NCBI GenBank assembly: GCA_041690135.1
Contig: JAWLHY010000008.1
Location: 288,001 to 352,000 of the forward strand
Length of the DNA: 64,000 bases
From: Armatimonadota bacterium
Lineage (GTDB): Bacteria > Armatimonadota > SYMT01
Direction of reading: 5' to 3'
This document shows positions 1-10,335 of this stretch, piece after piece; the stretch's first letter is position 1; the number at the start of each line of letters is the position of its first letter. Made by a program: the position numbers and the translations under genes. The notes under the pieces are model-generated. The model ran no database searches. It was not told where the DNA came from and saw only the letters and a list, made by a program, of their open reading frames with translations.

Positions 1-1872
1 CGAGCGGACCACCAGCGAGACCGGGTAAGCCGAACCGCCCGCGGGAATTCCCTGAATCCGCACCTTTCGGCGCTGCTGCGGCGCCAGCTTGACCGACCAG
101 AGCACTGCCTCCGACGGCGGAGCCACCTGGGGTGCCTCGATTAACTTCCCGTCGATCAGGAACGCCCCACGAGCCCAACCTGCTTCCGGCGCCAGCACGA
201 TGCGGACCGTCTTCTCCTCGTCCGTGGGATTGCTGAGATCCACGTTGATGTCGTACATCACTCCGTAATTGCCGAAGAGCTTGCGGTTGACGCGCCGGCC
301 GGTTATCGCCTGGCGCCCCATGTGCACGAATGTCCAGCGGTCACCCACCGCGTACTTGTATTCCAGGTCCTTGGTAGGGGCGGGATAGGTGTGCGGTTCG
401 GAACTGGCGACCTCGACCAGGTCTTCCCGGAGTTCCGGGGCGCTTATTTCGGTGAGGGCGCGGATTTGCGCTACCAGGGAGCCGCCGCTCACCACGCGGA
501 AGTTGTAGATCCCCGACACGGTATCGAGGTGCGGCATCCGCGCGACATAGACCAGGCGGGAGCTGCGCGCCGGGATTCGGGTGACGTAACCCACGTCCTC
601 CGCCACGGCGCTGAGATAGCGCTGGGCGGCGCGATGGCCCGCCTGAAGAGGATCGATGAACGGGCCGGCGTCCGCTTCGATCACCTGCACGTCGACCGGA
701 GCGTCGTCCGGGTTGGTCAGGTGGATCTGGAAGGTGAAGGCCCGGCCCATCCGGTTCTGATGGTGGAACAGGAGGCGAACCGGCGCGCGATGATCCACCA
801 GCCCCTCATAGAGAGTGCCGTACTCGCGGACACTTTCCGGATCGTTGGAATAGAGCAGTGTGCCGGCTTCCTGCCGGGGGAGCACGATGTTCGCGACCCG
901 GACGCGCGCCGTGGTCTTGTTCGTCAGGAGACCCTCACCCGAAATGGTGACCGGATAACTCACCTCGACGGAATCACCACGACCGATCGCCCGGGCGCCC
1001 TCCGCTGGCCCCGAAATCTTTACGCTGGCTCCGGGTTGCCGTTCCACCCCTTCCAGGGCACGCTCCGCCGCCACCTTGCGGACCAGCGAAACAGGTGCCA
1101 CACTGCCGGTAACCGAGGCTTCCGGAACCGAGCTCACGCGGCCGGCGTACTTTTTCACAGTGACGGTAAAGCCGGTCTCTACTCCCCCGCGTACGACCCG
1201 CACCACCGCGGAGCCGACCGACACCCCACGGACTTCCACGGCCGCCTTGCCCTCCACCGGCTGGGCGAGCACGGCATCCCCTTCCGTCCGGACGGTGATG
1301 GGTCCTTCGGCGGTGCCACGGAGAACGACTTCCCGCGTTTCCTCAAGCGGAACGGTGACGGCAGGGTCCGCCGCGAGCGTCGCCTTACGTGAGGATTTCC
1401 GCGCCGGGGTGGTCTTCGCCGATTTGGCGGGCCTCGTAGCTTTCTCACCGTTCTTCGCCGCGACCTTTTTTCCCGGACCAAGTGCGGCTTTCAGGTTGAC
1501 CGCCCACCGCTCTGCGGTCGCGCGCGGCTTCTCTTTGCGCTCCTTGGCCTCTTCCGGCGTGGCGATCATCAACAACATACCGCCGAGGTAAACGGCCGAG
1601 TTCTCACCCCGGTCACGGACTTCTACCGCCTCCCGTCCCAGGTCGTCCCCGAGGAGCAAGGTCCGCAGACGTTCCGCCGCCAGGTTGGCCCGGCCTTCCG
1701 GGGACAGGCTTCCGTTCGGTGTGCGGAAGGCCGCGATCAACTGACCGCCAACATACAGCTTCACGCCCGTCTTGCTTGGTTGAACCTTGACAGCAGGGGC
1801 GGCGGCGGCAGGAACAACGGGGAAGAAGAGGGCGGCAAGTAGGGACAGGAATACGGCTTGGCCTCGTCTCAT
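1..1872 (-). CDS. Secreted hypothetical protein with DUF3370-like C-terminal region; 3' end runs off the window
   Basis: Translated by hand (absent from the ORF track because it has no stop). ATG at 1872 with GGAGG upstream; signal peptide MRRGQAVFLSLLAALFFPVVPAAAA; open frame to base 1; motifs LLYSNDPE, FHHQN, GNYGVMY. Confidence 0.8.
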   Translation of the reverse strand, partial: MRRGQAVFLSLLAALFFPVVPAAAAPAVKVQPSKTGVKLYVGGQLIAAFRTPNGSLSPEGRANLAAERLRTLLLGDDLGREAVEVRDRGENSAVYLGGMLLMIATPEEAKERKEKPRATAERWAVNLKAALGPGKKVAAKNGEKATRPAKSAKTTPARKSSRKATLAADPAVTVPLEETREVVLRGTAEGPITVRTEGDAVLAQPVEGKAAVEVRGVSVGSAVVRVVRGGVETGFTVTVKKYAGRVSSVPEASVTGSVAPVSLVRKVAAERALEGVERQPGASVKISGPAEGARAIGRGDSVEVSYPVTISGEGLLTNKTTARVRVANIVLPRQEAGTLLYSNDPESVREYGTLYEGLVDHRAPVRLLFHHQNRMGRAFTFQIHLTNPDDAPVDVQVIEADAGPFIDPLQAGHRAAQRYLSAVAEDVGYVTRIPARSSRLVYVARMPHLDTVSGIYNFRVVSGGSLVAQIRALTEISAPELREDLVEVASSEPHTYPAPTKDLEYKYAVGDRWTFVHMGRQAITGRRVNRKLFGNYGVMYDINVDLSNPTDEEKTVRIVLAPEAGWARGAFLIDGKLIEAPQVAPPSEAVLWSVKLAPQQRRKVRIQGIPAGGSAYPVSLVVRS

Positions 1873-2083
1873 GCGGACTTATTACCTCCAGGAGCAGCGC
1901 CTGAGCATGGTATCAGAGGCTCCAGGGTGATTCAAGGAAGGGACTGTGACCCCGGCGCCGGGTACTTCCAATTCCGGATAGTCGGTCGAAAGCGGCCCAA
2001 TACTCCTGTCGCTGCCGCCTCGGGATTGCGTTGACACCCGCAGGAAGCAGCCGTATCATTCCCGCATCTTCGGAAACCCGCGC

Positions 2084-2836
2084 ATGCCTGATACCACCCC
2101 CAACCAGTTTACGGAGGTCGCCGAGATCTACGACAGCCTGATGTCGGTGGTCCCGTACAAGTGGTGGGTCGATTATGTGGAGGACCTGTGGGACCACTTC
2201 GATGTCGATCCGCGACGGGTGCTGGACCTGGCTTGTGGTACGGGCAGCGTGAGCCGGGAGTTGCTCCGCCGCGGCTATGAAGTGGCCGGTGTGGACCTCA
2301 GTGAACCGATGCTGGCGGTCGCGCGGAAGCGCCTGGGGCCCGGAGTGCCGTTGTGGGCGCAGAATATGCGGGATCTGGACCTGCCGGTTCCGCCGTTTGA
2401 CGCCTGTGTCAGCCTGTTCGATAGTCTCAACTACCTGCTTTCTCTCTCGGAGCTCCGCAGCGCGTTCTCCGCGGTCCGGCGGCATCTGATCGTCGGGGGG
2501 GCATTCGTGTTCGATATGAATGCGATTCGCGCCCTGGAGACGGGCATGTTCAACCAGACCGGAACAGGGAAAGACGATAGCGTACGTTTTGAATGGCACA
2601 GCGCCTGGGAGCCGTTATCACGCCTGTGCACGATCCAGATGGAGTTCAGGGTACGCGGTCGGGAGGGGGACCGGGTGTTCCATGAAACCCACGTCCAGAA
2701 GGGTTACACCCAGTTTGAGATCTCGCAGTCCCTGCAAGAGGTGGGCTTCGAAGTGCTGGGGGTGTTCGACGCCTTTACCATGGACCCGCCGAACGGGAAG
2801 ACCGACCGGTTCTACTTTGTGGCGCGCTCGAAGTAG
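2084..2836 (+). CDS. Class I SAM-dependent methyltransferase
   Basis: Motif I VLDLACGTG, GVDLSEPML, FDSLNYL. Confidence 0.9.
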   Translation: MPDTTPNQFTEVAEIYDSLMSVVPYKWWVDYVEDLWDHFDVDPRRVLDLACGTGSVSRELLRRGYEVAGVDLSEPMLAVARKRLGPGVPLWAQNMRDLDLPVPPFDACVSLFDSLNYLLSLSELRSAFSAVRRHLIVGGAFVFDMNAIRALETGMFNQTGTGKDDSVRFEWHSAWEPLSRLCTIQMEFRVRGREGDRVFHETHVQKGYTQFEISQSLQEVGFEVLGVFDAFTMDPPNGKTDRFYFVARSK

Positions 2837-3035
2837 GCCCCAAAGCGGCACCTTCGTCTCACCTCTTCCGGCGGGGAAGGGGAAATCCGACTTAGGCGCC
2901 GAACCTGATCGTGAGACAGCGGACCGTGACTGTTCTCTGTCGCCCGCCCGACACGGCGAACCGATGTTCATCGAACGAAAATCGGCATCCGATCCATCCT
3001 TATCTTTGTCTTCATCCATCCCGGGAGTTTGATTG

Positions 3036-3665
3036 ATGTCCACGCAGCCACAGGTGAACGTCGCGGCCCTCTGGAAACACATCGCCGACCAGATGAAGAA
3101 CCAGGAGATGCGTCCCAGTCTCTGGCACGCCCTGGAAGCCGCTCGGCCGCTTACCATCGAGAATGACGAGTTTGTCATCGGGTTTGCGGGAGAAGCGGCT
3201 CCGCAGGCCGGCATCCTCAACGAAAACCGGTACCGGAACATGATGGAGCAGCTTCTCGAGGCAGCGACCCGGCGCCGGCTGCGCCTCCGCTACATCAGCG
3301 GCGACACCCTTCAGGATTGGGACGCGGAGAAAGCGCGCGTGGCGGAGGCCGCGCGGCTGCAGGAGCAGTCCCGCCAGAAGATCCAGTTGGAGCAGCAGGC
3401 GGGAACGAGTTGGGAAGCCGTCACTGAGAATCTGATCCGCCAGTGGGGCGAGCTTCCGGGACGCAGCTTCGCGAGCGTGCAGGGACGGTTCCTGGAAACC
3501 GCCATAGCGGGGTTGGTAGAAGCTTATGGGCGCCTGATGCCGGCCAAGCCGACCGAGGCGGACGAGCGCACCTATTCTCGAGCCCTGGAGCGCATCGGCG
3601 ACCGGATCGGGGTACCCGCCGCTGTGATCGGGTACCACGTCCACCTCAAGCTCAAAAAGTCCTAA
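3036..3665 (+). CDS. Hypothetical protein; N-terminus resembles DnaA domain I / DnaX C-terminal KH-like fold
   Basis: ORF with coding-like composition; pattern ALWKHI..PSLWHALEAARPLTIENDEFVIGF. Confidence 0.7.
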   Translation: MSTQPQVNVAALWKHIADQMKNQEMRPSLWHALEAARPLTIENDEFVIGFAGEAAPQAGILNENRYRNMMEQLLEAATRRRLRLRYISGDTLQDWDAEKARVAEAARLQEQSRQKIQLEQQAGTSWEAVTENLIRQWGELPGRSFASVQGRFLETAIAGLVEAYGRLMPAKPTEADERTYSRALERIGDRIGVPAAVIGYHVHLKLKKS

Positions 3666-4387
3666 TTTCCGAGACCCTCGTAGTTCGGGTCGTTCCGGTA
3701 TTTTCCAAGGCGGAGTTCATCGCGAAAGTGTTTGAACTCCGCCTTCGCTGCCTTTGCGATGTCGCTGGCAAGTTTCCAGTTGAAACCCGCGTTGATACCG
3801 GAAGAGACCACCGGGATGGCGCGCAGAATCGTGCCCCGGGTCAACCGGATTCCGATAATGCGGCCGATGAGCAAGATGATGCGCATCAGCCATTTCGAGC
3901 GCGTGGCGGCGGAACGGATCGCCGTGGTGACCGCACTGAGGGTCACCGCCTCTCCCGACTTGAAGCCAGCTTGGCCGAGGTTGGCGTTCAGGTAGGCCTG
4001 CAGAATCATGACCTTGTTCCGGCCGGAACGGGCGTCGGGATCGGGATCGAAACCGTAAGCGGCGGCGATTCCGGTCACCATCCGCAGGGTGCCCGTTACG
4101 AACTGCAGCGCATCTGGGACCGCGGTGATTAGACCCCCAAAACCGGCAGCCGCACCCAGCGAGGCGACGGTAACGCGGCAGTTCTGAATGTGCTGGTCGG
4201 CAAGGTCGTCCATCAGGAAGAAGGGCGCGAGCCGCTGGTACTCCTCCCAGGTGGCGAAGTCGGTGTCGGTGCCCCGGGCCGCCGCGGACTTCAGAACGCT
4301 CTCCTTCCGGACAGCCACCTGGTCGTAAATGACGTTGACCGCCGAACTGACGGCGGTTGCGATCGGACCCTCATGCTCGGTTGCCAT
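3662..4387 (-). CDS. EcsC-family protein
   Basis: GAAAGFGGLITAVPD, IAAAYGFD, AIPVVSSGINAGFN. Confidence 0.8.
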   Translation of the reverse strand: MATEHEGPIATAVSSAVNVIYDQVAVRKESVLKSAAARGTDTDFATWEEYQRLAPFFLMDDLADQHIQNCRVTVASLGAAAGFGGLITAVPDALQFVTGTLRMVTGIAAAYGFDPDPDARSGRNKVMILQAYLNANLGQAGFKSGEAVTLSAVTTAIRSAATRSKWLMRIILLIGRIIGIRLTRGTILRAIPVVSSGINAGFNWKLASDIAKAAKAEFKHFRDELRLGKYRNDPNYEGLGN

Positions 4388-4601
4388 CAGGCGGCCTTTC
4401 TATCTATTCACCAGCAGGCGACTGCGGTCGCAAGCTGGAAAGGCACGAAGTCGGCACCCACACCACTCGTAGGTACCCGGGCGTGTACCTGCGCCGACGG
4501 GGATTGTTGCCCCACATCTTGCCGCAGTACCGGTGCGGCATTTGAGTGAAAGGATCCGGTGGGGAGCAACTGCGCTGTCCCCACCAGAACACATAACCAA
4601 C

Positions 4602-7600
4602 CTACTTTACGGCGAACAGCCCGCGAAGGCGCTGCAGGAACGGATCGAAGAAGGCCATGACCGCCCCCATGACCTTTTGCTGGTTTTCGGACCACCGCTT
4701 GAGGATCAGGTACCCCTCATCCTGCGGAAGGTAGCGACGCCCTCCCTGGTGGCCGTCCTCGGTGCCGTCCTGCACGTTCAAGGGCTTGCGCAGGATCTTG
4801 CTCTTCTCCACATCTTTCAGGTTCACGCGAGCCTGCGTCTCCCGGTAGTTGAAGAGCAGGTCCTGCGCCGAAAGGTAGCCCACCTCGTCCACCGGCTTGA
4901 GGAAGAAAGAAGGCACTCGCCCCGGGACCCCGTGGCAGCCGATGCACGCCGCCTGGTCCGACCGCTTCACGCGCACGAACTCCGGCATCACGTAATCGCG
5001 GAAGTAGGTGAGGTCCTCCAGGAATACCGGATTGACCTTGCCGTCGGAGGTCAACCAGTTCCCCGCCTTCTTCTCGGCTTTGAGCGCCGCCACCAGGTCG
5101 GGAACGAAACGCTCGGAGCCCTGCTTCACTACGTTTTCCGCGATCCGCAGGAGTTGTCCATCCTTTTCGTATTTGGAGACTCCGGTCAAGGCCAGCAAAA
5201 CTTCCGGGTTCTTGCGGACCGCCGTCGCGTTCGAAATGCGGATCGCCGCGGCCCGGGTCTGCGGAAGCGCCTTCTCGGACAGGGCATCCAGGTAAAGCTG
5301 AAGTGCTCGGTCCTTAACGATCAGCCCCGGGTCCGGAGGCGCCGCTTTGTCGCCGGGTTTCATCGGCTCGGTACCGACTTCGGGCAGGGCCAGTTTGTGC
5401 TCCAAAATCCACGGCACGCTGCGAATCCAGAAGTGCTGTTCCAGGGGGTTCTTGAATTTCGCAGGGAAGTACTTCTGGAAGACAATCTCCTGGTGCAGGT
5501 CCGGGTTGTCGGCCATCACCTGGCCCAGCTTGTCCGCCAGGTACCATGCGGCGTCCATCTCCCGCTCCAACTCCGCCCGCTTCGCCTGGTCCGCCGTCGC
5601 GGCGATCTCCGCGGGCGAGACGTACCGATCCAGGCGCGGAACCATAAGGTCGAAGAAGTGCCGCTGCTGCTCCAGATCCGCGGGGATGACCCAGGTCACG
5701 GAACTGAAGACTTTGATCACCGGGTCGGAGAGGTTGGCCCGGCGGGAGGGCTCATTGGCGCCGCGTCGCACCTGCTGGATCAGCGGTTCCACCAGTTCGG
5801 TGGCCGCCTGGAGCATCGCGGAGCGAGGGTCGGACACAGCCGCGGCGGCGGTCTGTCGGAGTTCTTCCGGCGCCTTCAGGGCGTAGTCGATCAGGTACTC
5901 CTGAAGTGGCCGGTGGGGGACGTTGGCCGCCCCTTCCAGGCCTGCCCGGATCACTGGCGTTTGGCCGGCGGGGATGGCATCCCGCAGGTAGACGAGTGCC
6001 GCCTGCCCCATCAGAGCGCCGGCGCCGGGCGTGGTGTAGCCAAGTTGCCCGGGCCCACCATCTCCGCCCGCCGTCTGGTAGAAGGTCCCCGCGATGGCGA
6101 CGAGCCGCTTGGCCAGCAGATCCTTGGCACCCGGCGCACTCTTTTCGAGGCGTTCTCGGAGCGCTTCGAAGAGGGTTGCCAGTTCCTTGTACTGGTGCTT
6201 ATCCGAGCCATTCGCCTTGTGCCCATTGACGATGAATAGGGCCTGGCTGGAGTAGCGGTTACTGTTTTCCACCAACGCGTTCGGCTCCGAGCGCTCCAGC
6301 ATTCGGATCCAGGCCTGGTTCAGCGCGGCGCGGACCGGCGGGTTCCAGATCCACCACTGCCATGCAGCCTTAGCGGCCCACGCCCGCACGGCCGGATGTG
6401 GATCATCGTTCATTGCGCGTGCCAGGCTGCGGGTGAAGCGGTTCCAATCCAGCCTTGCCTGCGGCATAACCGCATCCGCCCGCATCCCCAACACCTGTGC
6501 CATACTTTCCCGGCTGTAGTCGTCGCCTTTCTCCAGGGCCGCCAGGACGGGACCCCAGCCTTCGTCGTTAAGCAAGGACTGCCGCATCGCCCAGACGGCG
6601 GCATCCCGCACCGGTTTGGCGCGGTCCTTCAGGGCGCTCATCAACACCGGCACGCCCGCCGCATCGTGGACCAGACCCAGGCCCACCACGCCCCAGTAGC
6701 GAACCAGGGTGTTCGAATGGCGTGCATAGCCGCGCATCAGGTCGGCGAACGTCGGATCGCCGGTGAGGGCCACAGCCTGGGCTTTGCGCAGGGTGGAGAG
6801 GATCGGCTCTCCCGCTTGTGGAGCGAATTCCGCTCGCTTTGGCACATAGGCCGGCACGGGGTAGAGTCGCCCGAGGGCATTGAGGACATACGCGGTAGGT
6901 ACGAAGCCGGTAATGGAAGCGCGGTTCCATCGCCCGTTCGCGTCCTGGACCTTCAGGAGCCAATGCACCGCTTTGGCAATCGCTGGATCGTCATTTCCAT
7001 GCCCCACAGCCGTGAGCGCGCTGATGGCGAGGGAAGTGGGGGAGGGATCCCCGACCTTCTCACCGCCCTTCCAGGTCTTCCCACCGTCGGGCGAGGAACC
7101 GGGACTGAAGCCCCACGAACCGTCCTCATTCTGGATCTGGCGCAGGCGGGCTTCATCCGCCACAAGCTGCGTCTTCACTTGCTCCACGAATTTGCGGGCC
7201 TCTTCGGAGTTGCCTTTCACGGGCAGGTTCGCGGCCTTCTCAGCCCTGGCCGCCTTCTCGGTTTCCGTCAAGTAGTCCTTGATGGGGAACACACGGCCGA
7301 AGAAGTCCATTCGCACTGCCACGTCGTCGGTGTAGACGGCATTGTGGGCCAGAACCTGTCGCGCCCGCTCCTCAATGGGACGGAAGTATTTGGTATCGCC
7401 GGTCCGCTTCCAGGCGGTGTAGAGGATCTCCGCGGCAAAGAGCTTGACGATGTTCTGGCCGACGTTCGAACCCTTGCCGGCTGCATTGATCCCGCCCGGG
7501 TCGGCTGTCTGGAGGACGAAGTTGGCCGTGCGGATCTGCTGCTTGGAGTGCAGCTTTTTGGGCGACGTGATCCGCTCCGCGTTGACGATGTTGAAACCGG

Positions 7601-9173
7601 CGGCACGGGTGCCGGCGGGACCATCGCCGATGTCGAGCGGGGCGAGGCTGGTGTTGTTTGCCGCGTCTTTCAGTTCGTTGGTGGGTCGCAGGCACTCATA
7701 CATCACGTTCAGCAAGTGGTGATAGTTCTGAACGTTCTCGATACGGTAACCGTTAGTCACCGGCACGGAGGGTCCCCAGATGCCGGACTGCGTGTGGCAG
7801 CTCATGCACTGCGTGCCGAGCAGGTTCCCCGTATCACGGATGCGCCGCTCCACACTTGCCCCGCGCGGCCGGTTCGTCAGCCAGGAATCGACCTGTCCGA
7901 TGTGGTTGTACATCGCTTGCCGGACGGCCATGCGAGCGTCCGAGTAGGGCGCCGGCTTGAGAACCCGCAACTGGAACTGGTAGGCAGGGGCATTGGCTTC
8001 CACGCGGAAGTAGTAGACCTTGCCCGGCTCCAGTATCCGATTGATATTGGCCCGGTGGCTTTCTTCCTGCTGGTGGGCGCGCTCGTTCGGGTCAGGCCCC
8101 TCGGGAGCGTTCTCCACCCGCTTCCCTTCCGTGAAGATCTGGCGGTTGGGGTTCGGCTTGCCGAAATACTCACTTACCGGAAGCAGCGCACCCAGCGGCA
8201 CGGTAGGATTGGCACCATCGGCGAGCGCATAGCACCGCACCCGGGCAGCCAGGAACTGGCCGGGGAGACTGAGCTGCGCCGTAACCAGGCGCGGTCCATC
8301 GGCCTGAAGCTGGACCCGGAACCAGTCATCCCCCGACTGCCCGACCTGGGGGTTATCGAAGAACTCAACGTCGTCGGAGGTGCCGGTGATCTCGTAGGTG
8401 CGAACATCGTCCTCGCGGGTGCCGGCCACCAGCGTGAGGGGTTGGGCCTGTTCCGGGGTATCGTTCGGCTCGGCCTCGATCAGCGTCCGGTTCTTCTGGA
8501 CCGAGGCCTCGCCCCCCAGATCGAACGGCTCCACCGTCGCCGCAATCGGCACGCTGGCCGCCTGGGGCCACGGGACGCGGGTAGGGACGGGGAACATGTC
8601 CGGCGCCGTACCCTTCTCGCGCCAGCGCGGGGCAACCGGGCGGGTATCTTCTTCCAAAGCGGATACCTTTAGCCCATAGCGACCGGTCACCGGGGCCCGG
8701 TAAACGACGTAGGTATCCCCATCCAGCGCATGGAGTACTTTGCGCCAGTTGGCGGTCGGCGCGGTGTAGATCTCCAGGGCCTTCACTTCTCGGGCGCCTT
8801 TCTCCGGAGTCGTCACGACGTCCCCCGGGCGTTCCGGCCGGTCCAGCACCCACTCCACATTCACGCGCGCATTGGGGGGGAGAGCCGACGGCTTTTGAAG
8901 GCGCACCGAAATCTCGACTGCCTCACCCGCCTTCAGTTGATAAGCTTCTTGCCAGGGCTTCTTTGCCGTGATGGACAGACCGGGTTGCGTGGTGGTCGCT
9001 TTCTTGCCGCCAGGTGCGGTAGCGCGAGCCACTTCCGGTTTACGAACCGTGGCGGTGGCCGCTTTCCGCGGGACGGCGGCGCCGGCCACCGTGGCCACAC
9101 CGCCTAACACCGCGAGGGTAACGACCATTGGCGCGACGGGCTGACTGCCCGGGTTGGGTTTCCGTGCGTGCAT
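4602..9173 (-). CDS. 1523-aa secreted multidomain protein: PPC-like/EPND region, CxxCH, prenyltransferase/squalene-cyclase QW repeats, HEAT repeats, C-terminal cytochrome c-like domain
   Basis: Signal peptide; EAEPNDTPEQA; CMSCH; QNEDGSW and QDANGRW; HEAT-like LKDRAKPVRDAAVWAM and DDPHPAVRAWAA; CIGCH followed by SKILRKPL..HQGG. Confidence 0.85.
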   Translation of the reverse strand: MHARKPNPGSQPVAPMVVTLAVLGGVATVAGAAVPRKAATATVRKPEVARATAPGGKKATTTQPGLSITAKKPWQEAYQLKAGEAVEISVRLQKPSALPPNARVNVEWVLDRPERPGDVVTTPEKGAREVKALEIYTAPTANWRKVLHALDGDTYVVYRAPVTGRYGLKVSALEEDTRPVAPRWREKGTAPDMFPVPTRVPWPQAASVPIAATVEPFDLGGEASVQKNRTLIEAEPNDTPEQAQPLTLVAGTREDDVRTYEITGTSDDVEFFDNPQVGQSGDDWFRVQLQADGPRLVTAQLSLPGQFLAARVRCYALADGANPTVPLGALLPVSEYFGKPNPNRQIFTEGKRVENAPEGPDPNERAHQQEESHRANINRILEPGKVYYFRVEANAPAYQFQLRVLKPAPYSDARMAVRQAMYNHIGQVDSWLTNRPRGASVERRIRDTGNLLGTQCMSCHTQSGIWGPSVPVTNGYRIENVQNYHHLLNVMYECLRPTNELKDAANNTSLAPLDIGDGPAGTRAAGFNIVNAERITSPKKLHSKQQIRTANFVLQTADPGGINAAGKGSNVGQNIVKLFAAEILYTAWKRTGDTKYFRPIEERARQVLAHNAVYTDDVAVRMDFFGRVFPIKDYLTETEKAARAEKAANLPVKGNSEEARKFVEQVKTQLVADEARLRQIQNEDGSWGFSPGSSPDGGKTWKGGEKVGDPSPTSLAISALTAVGHGNDDPAIAKAVHWLLKVQDANGRWNRASITGFVPTAYVLNALGRLYPVPAYVPKRAEFAPQAGEPILSTLRKAQAVALTGDPTFADLMRGYARHSNTLVRYWGVVGLGLVHDAAGVPVLMSALKDRAKPVRDAAVWAMRQSLLNDEGWGPVLAALEKGDDYSRESMAQVLGMRADAVMPQARLDWNRFTRSLARAMNDDPHPAVRAWAAKAAWQWWIWNPPVRAALNQAWIRMLERSEPNALVENSNRYSSQALFIVNGHKANGSDKHQYKELATLFEALRERLEKSAPGAKDLLAKRLVAIAGTFYQTAGGDGGPGQLGYTTPGAGALMGQAALVYLRDAIPAGQTPVIRAGLEGAANVPHRPLQEYLIDYALKAPEELRQTAAAAVSDPRSAMLQAATELVEPLIQQVRRGANEPSRRANLSDPVIKVFSSVTWVIPADLEQQRHFFDLMVPRLDRYVSPAEIAATADQAKRAELEREMDAAWYLADKLGQVMADNPDLHQEIVFQKYFPAKFKNPLEQHFWIRSVPWILEHKLALPEVGTEPMKPGDKAAPPDPGLIVKDRALQLYLDALSEKALPQTRAAAIRISNATAVRKNPEVLLALTGVSKYEKDGQLLRIAENVVKQGSERFVPDLVAALKAEKKAGNWLTSDGKVNPVFLEDLTYFRDYVMPEFVRVKRSDQAACIGCHGVPGRVPSFFLKPVDEVGYLSAQDLLFNYRETQARVNLKDVEKSKILRKPLNVQDGTEDGHQGGRRYLPQDEGYLILKRWSENQQKVMGAVMAFFDPFLQRLRGLFAVK

Positions 9174-9304
9174 GGTTAGAGATCAGTAAATAAAGAGGAA
9201 GTCGCAGCTCCGGTTTGTGCAGGTGGAGTTCACCAGGAGCGCTATGACCGTACCTAAAAGGTTTCGGCACGGGGACGGTGGATACCCTCCCCGTCAAGGA
9301 CAAA

Positions 9305-9979
9305 TCAACCCAGAGACACCAACCCCGGTCGCATCGGGTGGACCTTACGGGCGACGAGGGTCACAAAAGACTGGGGCTGGTTTGTAGAGACGTTCCACTG
9401 CCAGAGCCGGGCGGCCTCGAGGGGTTGCCAGTCCCGAAAACGCTCCAGTAGTTCTTCGAGCGTAACGAACCAGAGCGTGCCGGAGTGGGCGCACTCCTCC
9501 GGGTTGCGCCCGAAGAGGCTCAAGCCGAGCACTCCACCCGGAGCAACCCTGTCCATCAAACGGTCCAAACAAGTCGCGGCATCGGCTCCCATGAACTGTA
9601 GAGAGTTGACCGCAATCACCAGGTCGAAGCGCTGGTCCGAGGCAAAGTCGCGCAAGTCCAGTTGCAGAACGTCGCCCGGCAGCTTGCGTTCCACCAGCAG
9701 CTGCCGGGCCTTGGCCGCGCCCGCGGGCGTAAACTCAATACCCGTGGCCTGGTATCCGCGTCCGGCGAGGAAGACCAGGTCTTGCCCTTCACCGCAACCC
9801 GCGTCGAGAGCCGTACCGCCATGCGGGAAGTAGGCGCGATGATAGCGAACGGCCCGACGCGCAATCGGTCCCGGCTCCGAGCCGTAGTAGTAGGCCTCTC
9901 CGGCGTAAATGCGGCTCCAGCGGGCCAGTTCGGTATCGACGACCTGCGCGGGATCCGTGGGGATGGGATGGCTTGACAT
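9305..9979 (-). CDS. Class I SAM-dependent methyltransferase (TehB-like)
   Basis: ALDAGCGEGQDLVFLA; start placed at ATG 9979. Confidence 0.85.
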   Translation of the reverse strand: MSSHPIPTDPAQVVDTELARWSRIYAGEAYYYGSEPGPIARRAVRYHRAYFPHGGTALDAGCGEGQDLVFLAGRGYQATGIEFTPAGAAKARQLLVERKLPGDVLQLDLRDFASDQRFDLVIAVNSLQFMGADAATCLDRLMDRVAPGGVLGLSLFGRNPEECAHSGTLWFVTLEELLERFRDWQPLEAARLWQWNVSTNQPQSFVTLVARKVHPMRPGLVSLG

Positions 9980-10108
9980 CAGGGCTGACACGCTCCTCGA
10001 ACGGGGAAGGGAAATCCATCCAGACACGTGATGGCATCCGGAGAAGTATACGAGAGTTCCGGCGGGCTACACCGTCGAAGTCAGCAGCAAATGTGTGTCG
10101 GATGGGGC

Positions 10109-10137
10109 TTGCACCGACCCTGGAGTTCTGGTATTAT
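10109..10137 (+). promoter_or_regulatory. Sigma70-type promoter of the first tRNA-Asp
   Basis: TTGCAC-17 bp-TATTAT with extended -10 TG. Confidence 0.75.
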
Positions 10138-10150
10138 CCTCTCGCACCGA

Positions 10151-10224
<74 letters not shown>

Positions 10225-10231
10225 CTCTCGG

Positions 10232-10263
10232 AAAGGACCGCAGCAGTCGCTGCGGTCCTTTTT
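10232..10263 (+). terminator. Intrinsic terminator after tRNA-Asp copy 1
   Basis: AAAGGACCGCAGC-agtc-GCTGCGGTCCTTTTT. Confidence 0.85.
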
Positions 10264-10335
10264 GCATTGCCGGGTGTGGAGGGAACGAACCATTCCCGGA
10301 ACGAAACGACGGCGGAGATTTCAGAAAATCGGGGC

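Noticed and set aside
322-1591. Plus-strand ORFs of 356 and 171 aa
   Set aside because: Antisense shadows of the real minus-strand gene at <1..1872
4533-8672. Long plus-strand ORFs of 568 and 758 aa
   Set aside because: Antisense to the 1523-aa gene; a typical high-GC artefact with no motifs
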